A stretch of DNA of 47,336 nt, from NCBI GenBank assembly GCA_045534235.1, contig JAZSJI010000085.1, positions 1 through 47,336 on the forward strand, read 5' to 3'. The translations under genes were made by a program, and so were the position numbers. This DNA is from Candidatus Flemingiibacterium sp. (GTDB lineage Bacteria; Bacillota; Clostridia; Oscillospirales; CAG-272). Shown piece by piece: positions 42,960 to 47,336 of this stretch. Each line of letters begins with the position of its first letter. Positions within the stretch are counted from its first letter, which is position 1. The notes under the pieces were generated by a model. It searched no databases. It was not told the origin of the DNA and saw only the letters and a list, made by a program, of their open reading frames with translations.

Positions 42960-44453
42960 ATGTATCAGAAGGACACACATAAAATATGGCTCGCAACGGG
43001 CGACAATCGCGTTTATCTCGAGCCGTCGATGGCTAACCGCCACGGACTTATCGCGGGTGCAACGGGTACGGGTAAGACCGTAACACTTAAGGTGCTCGCG
43101 GAATCCTTTTCGGATATGGGCGTGCCCGTTTTCGTTGCTGACATCAAGGGCGACCTTTCGGGTATGTGCACACCCGGCTCGGAAAATAAGCACATCCGCC
43201 GCAGCATCGACACGATGGGTATAACCGATTTTAACTATACCACATATCCCGTACAGTTTTGGGACGTATACGGCAAGCAGGGACTTCCCGTGCGCACAAC
43301 GATTTCGGAGATGGGCCCTGAGCTTCTTTCGCGTCTTCTCGGACTTAGCGAAGCGCAGAGCGGAGTGCTTCGCATAGTGTTCCGTATAGCAGACGATAAG
43401 GATCTCCTGCTTGTCGACCTTAAAGACCTTCGCGCGATGGTGCAGTACGTCGGCGACAACGCGAAAGAGTATAAGCTTACTTACGGCAACATCTCCACAC
43501 AGTCGGTCGGCGCGATACAGCGTGCGCTTCTCACACTCGAGGATGAGGGCGGAGAAGTGTTCTTCGGTGAGCCGTCGCTTGATCTTTCCGATTGGGTGGA
43601 TTGGGATGCTGACGGACGCGGTATGATGAACATTCTTGAGTGCTCGGAGCTGTTCCAGCATCCGTTGCTTTACGGTACGTTCCTTCTTTGGATGCTTTCC
43701 GAAATATACGAAATGCTTCCCGAGGCGGGCGACCTTGACAAGCCGAAGCTCGCGTTTTTCTTCGACGAGGCACATCTCCTCTTTGATGACGCTCCAAAGG
43801 CGCTCGTTGACAAGGTAGAGCAGGTGGCACGACTCATACGCTCGAAGGGCGTCAGCGTGTGGTTTATCACTCAGAATCCCACCGACATTCCCGATAATGT
43901 GCTCGGTCAGATAGGCAACCGTGTACAGCACGCACTCCGCGCGTACACGCCCAACGATCAGAAGGCGCTTAATGCCGCGGCGAGATCCTTCAGAACAAAT
44001 CCGAAGTTTGATACCGCCGAGGCGATACAGGCACTCGGTGTCGGCGAGGCGCTCGTCAGCGTACTCGATGCGGACGGCGTTCCGTCTATCGTTGAGAGGG
44101 CAAATATTTTGCCTCCGAAGAGTAGTATGAAGGCGGTAGAGCCCGTAATGCTTCAGAGCGTTGTGCTTGCAAGCACGCTTCGCGATAAGTATAGTAGCGA
44201 AGAGGACCGCGAGTCTGCCTACGAGCAGATAACCGAACAGCGCGAGGAGGAGGCAAAACAAGCCGCAGAGCAAGCGGAAAAGGAAGCCAAGGAAAAAGAA
44301 AAAGAAAAAAAGGCTACTGCGAAAAAGAAAACTACCTCAAGTCGCAAAAAGACTACTGTGCTTGAAAAAGCAGTAAACAGTACGGCGAATACCATCGGCC
44401 GCGAGATCGGCAAAAAAATAGTTCGCGGACTTTTTGATACGTTCTTCAAATAA
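42960..44453 (+). CDS. HerA-like P-loop NTPase (DUF853 / YjgR family)
   Basis: ggaggac SD. Walker A GATGTGKT, Walker [13 protein letters not shown], and a K/E-rich C-terminal tail. Confidence 0.85.
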   Translation: MYQKDTHKIWLATGDNRVYLEPSMANRHGLIAGATGTGKTVTLKVLAESFSDMGVPVFVADIKGDLSGMCTPGSENKHIRRSIDTMGITDFNYTTYPVQFWDVYGKQGLPVRTTISEMGPELLSRLLGLSEAQSGVLRIVFRIADDKDLLLVDLKDLRAMVQYVGDNAKEYKLTYGNISTQSVGAIQRALLTLEDEGGEVFFGEPSLDLSDWVDWDADGRGMMNILECSELFQHPLLYGTFLLWMLSEIYEMLPEAGDLDKPKLAFFFDEAHLLFDDAPKALVDKVEQVARLIRSKGVSVWFITQNPTDIPDNVLGQIGNRVQHALRAYTPNDQKALNAAARSFRTNPKFDTAEAIQALGVGEALVSVLDADGVPSIVERANILPPKSSMKAVEPVMLQSVVLASTLRDKYSSEEDRESAYEQITEQREEEAKQAAEQAEKEAKEKEKEKKATAKKKTTSSRKKTTVLEKAVNSTANTIGREIGKKIVRGLFDTFFK

Positions 44454-44461
44454 TAAAGATA

Positions 44462-44506
44462 GCCTGCAAGCGCTTTTATATCGCGCTTGCAGGCGTATTG
44501 TTTTTT
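44462..44506. terminator. terminator between the herA-like and lipoprotein genes
   Basis: gcctgcaagcgc / gcgcttgcaggc, a 12-bp stem, followed by gtattgtttttt. Confidence 0.7.
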
Positions 44507-44511
44507 GCGGC

Positions 44512-46629
44512 TTAATTAAATCCCGTTATCTCGAAGCGTATCAGCTTTCCTTCACCGGCGAGCTGAACGAAGCTTACTCCCGTCAGGTCTATGTTTGAAC
44601 CGGAGTCAATACGCATAAGGTTGCCGTTTGAATCAAACAGCTTGACCTTGACGCCGTCGTTCACGAGAAGGGACAGCTTATCATAGGTTTTGCCCTTGTA
44701 TTCGGTAAGATACTTGTTGCCCGCATCAAGACCTATGTAAAGGTCACGGTACAAAATTCCGTTTTCGGAGAAGAAGTGGAGTACGGTTGGCTTATAGTGG
44801 ATTCCCAAAGCGTCAAACTTGGGATAGAGGTTAAATTTTTCAGCGCCGCGCAGATCTACCGTGTAATGTTCGTTGTTAAGCATTTCTTCGTTTGGCTTAA
44901 GCCACTCGTAGAAACCGTCGAATACACTCTCGCCGTATGCCAGATAGAAGGCTTCAAGGATCTTTTCATTTGGCAGTCGGTCGCTGCCCTTACTGTTTTT
45001 GTAGAAGGGGTAGCTTTCCTCAAGCTTGTATATCCAATCCGTGTAGTTGCCGAAGGTTTCGTCAAGATACCACATCAGACGGAAGCCTATAACGTAGTTT
45101 GCGTTGGAGGAGTATTCAAACGTATTGTCTATCCAATACTCCATCGGATGCTCGTAGAGCTTGCTGTAGTCGTGAACGTACATATCTCCGACTGATTGAA
45201 CTGTGAGATCTACGCTCTCTGCCAGGTCGGGGTAGTTTTGAGCGATATATTTTTGCGTTTTGTAGGTAGTATAGGTGGATATTCCCTCCATCGCCCATTG
45301 GCAGTAGAACCAATTGGATTGGCGAAGCTGAAGGACGTGAGAGCATTCGTGAATGAGGGTGTCGAGCTTTATGATGTCGCCGGAGGAAATTACCGCGCCG
45401 CTCGCACCTGCATATGCTTCGTGGAATTCACTCTCAATAGCTGCGTTCTTCTTAACCTCGACGAGTGTGAGCGCTTCCGTGCCCCTCGGATTCCAAAAGC
45501 TGAACTTTTTATTATATTCCGGATTGCCCTCAAACTTCATTCCGGAAACGGTTTCCATAACGCTTGTGACAATGTTAAGAGTTTCCCTAAGATCGTCCGG
45601 TACGTAAACTCCCGCGTCGATCTTAAGCTCAAGGTGGTCTGTTATCAGTACCGTTGGTTCTTTGGTTATAGTTCCCGAAGGGAAGCTTACGCTTGTCTTT
45701 TCAAGCTTCGGTATAACCTCCTGCGGGACTAAAATTTTCCCGCATCTCGTACAGTGCTTGCCCTCTGTAAGACCGGGGGTGCTGTAGGTTGCCGCTATCT
45801 CTCTGTCAATGACCTCGATGTGACCAAGTGCGGGTATAACTGATCTTTCTGTGAAGAAAGTGCCGCATATGTCGCAGTAGCTACTCTCTGTATAGCCGTC
45901 CGCTTCGCACGTGGGCTCGGCTGCATCTTCGGTTACAATGACGTGCTCTGATTTGGCAATAGGTTCCTGCTCGACTAGTATTTCATTACATACAGAGCAG
46001 TGTTTGCCCTCGGTAAGGCCTTCTGTTAAGCAGGTAGGCTCAACGGCTTCAGTGATCACCTCAACGTGAGCGCTTTTGGCAACAGGCTCCTGTACTACGA
46101 TAACTTCACCGCATACAGAGCAGCTCTGGCCTCTTGTAAGACCCTCTGAGGTGCAGGTAGGAGCGACTGCCGTTAGTGTAACGGGAATGTGCTCAAGCTT
46201 TGCGATGGTTTCTCTGCCGGAGAAGATTTCACCGCATACGGTGCATTCTTTACCGGCTGTGCGGCCTTCGGTGGAGCAGGTCGGAGCGGTTTCGTCAAGC
46301 GCGAGGATGTTGTGCCCTGTTTTTGAGATAGTCACCTGTGCAACCAAGATCTCGCCGCATACAGAGCAATGCGAGCCCTCGGTGAGTCCCTCTGACAAAC
46401 AGGTGGGGTTAACAGGCTCATCAATGACGACCGTGTGCCCCTTCTTTTGAATAAGCTCTTGAGCGAATATAATCTCGTTGCATCCGGAGCAGTGCGCACC
46501 CTCGGTTAATCCATTTTCCGTACACGTTGCAGGTACTGCGTGGTCTACGACGGGAGTGTGCTTATGAGAGCAACCTGCGAGCACGAGCAGGATTGCGGAA
46601 AATATCAATAACGCGAATATTTTTTTCAT
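44512..46629 (-). CDS. lipoprotein with seven His/Cys3 repeats and a C-terminal HExxH domain, function unknown
   Basis: The ATG at 46629 follows agagagga. Lipobox LLVLAGC. Seven 41-aa repeats are followed by a domain carrying HECSH. The ORF-track start at 46683 adds 18 aa with no SD and lies partly upstream of the predicted transcription start. Confidence 0.8.
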   Translation of the reverse strand: MKKIFALLIFSAILLVLAGCSHKHTPVVDHAVPATCTENGLTEGAHCSGCNEIIFAQELIQKKGHTVVIDEPVNPTCLSEGLTEGSHCSVCGEILVAQVTISKTGHNILALDETAPTCSTEGRTAGKECTVCGEIFSGRETIAKLEHIPVTLTAVAPTCTSEGLTRGQSCSVCGEVIVVQEPVAKSAHVEVITEAVEPTCLTEGLTEGKHCSVCNEILVEQEPIAKSEHVIVTEDAAEPTCEADGYTESSYCDICGTFFTERSVIPALGHIEVIDREIAATYSTPGLTEGKHCTRCGKILVPQEVIPKLEKTSVSFPSGTITKEPTVLITDHLELKIDAGVYVPDDLRETLNIVTSVMETVSGMKFEGNPEYNKKFSFWNPRGTEALTLVEVKKNAAIESEFHEAYAGASGAVISSGDIIKLDTLIHECSHVLQLRQSNWFYCQWAMEGISTYTTYKTQKYIAQNYPDLAESVDLTVQSVGDMYVHDYSKLYEHPMEYWIDNTFEYSSNANYVIGFRLMWYLDETFGNYTDWIYKLEESYPFYKNSKGSDRLPNEKILEAFYLAYGESVFDGFYEWLKPNEEMLNNEHYTVDLRGAEKFNLYPKFDALGIHYKPTVLHFFSENGILYRDLYIGLDAGNKYLTEYKGKTYDKLSLLVNDGVKVKLFDSNGNLMRIDSGSNIDLTGVSFVQLAGEGKLIRFEITGFN
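45700..46560 (-). repeat. 7 x 123-bp in-frame tandem coding repeat (41-aa units)
   Basis: Each unit begins with His: HTPVVDH.., HTVVIDE.., HNILALD.., HIPVTLT.., HVEVITE.., HVIVTED.., HIEVIDR... Each contains (P/A)TC-x3-G-x-T-x-G-x2-C-x2-C. Confidence 0.85.
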
Positions 46630-46697
46630 ATATATCCTCTCTTTAACAAAGATTGGTAAACAGTATGAAAACCTCTGTTTCAAAACAATACCTTTAA

Positions 46698-46726
46698 ATT
46701 ATATCACGAATTTTACTGATTTGCAA
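46698..46726 (-). promoter_or_regulatory. consensus sigma-A promoter of the lipoprotein gene
   Basis: Minus strand reads TTGCAA-17 nt-TATAAT, about 60 nt upstream of the ATG. Confidence 0.6.
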
Positions 46727-46739
46727 TATCTTTTTACAC

Positions 46740-46761
46740 AAAAAAGGTGCTCAAAAGCACC
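46740..46761 (-). terminator. short minus-strand terminator upstream of the lipoprotein promoter
   Basis: Minus-strand RNA reads ggugcu-uuug-agcacc followed by uuuuuu. Confidence 0.45.
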
Positions 46762-46875
46762 CTATAAATCTATTATATCATATAACTCATATATTTGTAA
46801 ACTCCTTTTTGGTCAAAAATATTACTTTCTGCCTTTTGCATAAAAATTTGTTGTGTAGTTTTTACAATTTGCCAA

Positions 46876-46904
46876 TTGAAAAACGGGAAAATATATGCTA
46901 TACT
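46876..46904 (+). promoter_or_regulatory. sigma-A promoter of an ORF-less transcription unit
   Basis: TTGAAA-17 nt-TATACT with TGc (extended -10). Confidence 0.55.
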
Positions 46905-46910
46905 ATAGAC

Positions 46911-47306
46911 ACAGAGAAGGAGGACAGTCCAATGGGCTAGATAAAAACAAAAATCCCGGCAAGGTGTTCAGATCACAGGTCGAGTTCAGGTTAAACAAAA
47001 AACACGGCGGTGTTACGCTTAACATAGATTTGTGAGATCTCTTTAATCAAATTGTGGTAGAAAAGGTAAGAATAGTGATCTGAAGGCGGACTTGCCAATC
47101 ACCCGACGCAGCTTAAGTAAAAGCATAACAAACGGTATTCTCGTTAGAGAAAGAATAAGATGAAAAGAAAGTGTTTTAGCAGCAGATGTGAGCGGCGGAA
47201 GGGTAGAAAAACGAAAGTGAGGATAACAAAAGATGTTAGATATCAAGAGTGAACAGAAATAACCCTTGATTGTAGATGTGAAACTGCAATCAGGGGTTAT
47301 TTTTTT
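46911..47306 (+). ncRNA. candidate ~400-nt non-coding RNA or long regulatory leader (unclassified)
   Basis: It is bounded by the promoter at 46876-46904 and a strong terminator at 47259-47306. There is no plus-strand ORF of 60 aa or more, and the longest hand-found ORF is 30 aa with no SD. The plus strand is purine-rich with local hairpins. Confidence 0.35.
47259..47306 (+). terminator. strong intrinsic terminator
   Basis: ataacccttgattg / caatcaggggttat, a 14-bp stem with one G-U pair and a 14-nt loop, followed by ttttttt. Confidence 0.75.
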
Positions 47307-47336
47307 ATGCTTTTTAAAAAGGTACACTAAATAAAT

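Noticed and set aside
42900-44273. 457-aa minus-strand ORF
   Set aside because: It is the antisense shadow of the HerA-like NTPase gene (Walker A/B on the plus strand). Its R/L/K/C-rich composition is not protein-like.
46917-46940. GGAGGACAGUCCAAUGGGCU resembles the RNase P CR-I (GAGGAAAGUCC..GC) and loosely the PyrR loop (AGUCCAGAGAGGCU)
   Set aside because: I could not find the complementary P4 3' strand (..CAUUGGCU after ACA(A/G)AA) or the other conserved RNase P blocks. The element is far too AU/purine-rich for RNase P RNA. The PyrR match is one nt short and lacks the flanking stem.
47085-47120. ..GAC GCA GCT TAA GTAA resembles the end of a tmRNA tag ORF (..AA-stop)
   Set aside because: There is no GGGG... 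5' end, no tRNA-like acceptor/T-arm (GGUUCGA..CCACCA) and no pseudoknot-rich GC content.
47160-47252. 30-aa basic ORF (MKRKCFSSRCERRKGRKTKVRITKDVRYQE) inside the candidate ncRNA
   Set aside because: It has no GGAGG-type SD (only agagaaag) and no resemblance I can see to L32, L33, L34, L36 or other small basic proteins. I keep it only as an alternative explanation to test.
47043-47327. 94-aa minus-strand ORF in the terminal intergenic region
   Set aside because: Its F/L/S/P-rich translation simply mirrors the purine-rich plus strand. It has no SD, and it spans the plus-strand terminator hairpin.
1-47336. Mobile elements, CRISPR arrays, tRNA/rRNA genes and defence islands
   Set aside because: I scanned for transposase/integrase-like ORFs, regularly spaced direct repeats, tRNA T-loop motifs (GGTTCGAAT) and restriction/abortive-infection gene sets. 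None was seen. The only tandem repeat is the in-frame coding repeat at 45700-46560.

Overview
This 47.3-kb segment reads as core chromosome of a spore-forming Clostridia-class Firmicute. Supporting gene content: archaeal-type ProRS, SleB- and VanY-type wall enzymes with copper-amine-oxidase-N-like stalks, a NusG_II + Gx-transporter pair and a YajC + TIGR04086 pair. I call about 41 protein-coding genes. They include glnA (5'-truncated), lysC, uvrB-uvrA, proS, tex, rsuA, rplS, yajC, metA, nrdG, a long-form purM-like gene, rbsK, ruvX and queH. Most transcription units are framed by near-consensus sigma-A promoters (TTGACA/TTGCAA-17 bp-TATAAT) and hairpin/T-run terminators that can be read directly. 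I found no rRNA, tRNA, CRISPR array, transposase, integrase or phage genes, and no S-box, L-box or sense-strand T-box leader. Several ORF-track starts are too long: proS, rsuA, rplS, ydcF, CPBP, queH, ygjP, rbsK, the SGNH gene and the lipoprotein. I re-placed them using SD sequences, overlaps and predicted transcription starts. The items most worth follow-up are these. (1) A stand-alone lipoprotein gene (44512-46629) has seven 41-aa His+Cys3 repeats fused to an HExxH domain. (2) Next to it lies an orphan promoter-to-terminator unit of about 400 nt (46876-47306) with no credible ORF, purine-rich, opening with a perfectly spaced SD + ATG-GGC-TAG mini-ORF. It is a candidate ncRNA or long leader. 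(3) Two distantly paralogous large type-I membrane-anchored surface proteins (25417-27852, 33678-36797) carry a TIM-barrel-like core of unknown function. (4) A tandem pair of 76-aa paralogs lies at 16980-17465. (5) A cytoplasmic GH2 with an inserted jelly-roll module overlaps a YgjV-family membrane protein gene by 8 nt. All functional calls rest on motif recognition by eye and none has been checked against a database.
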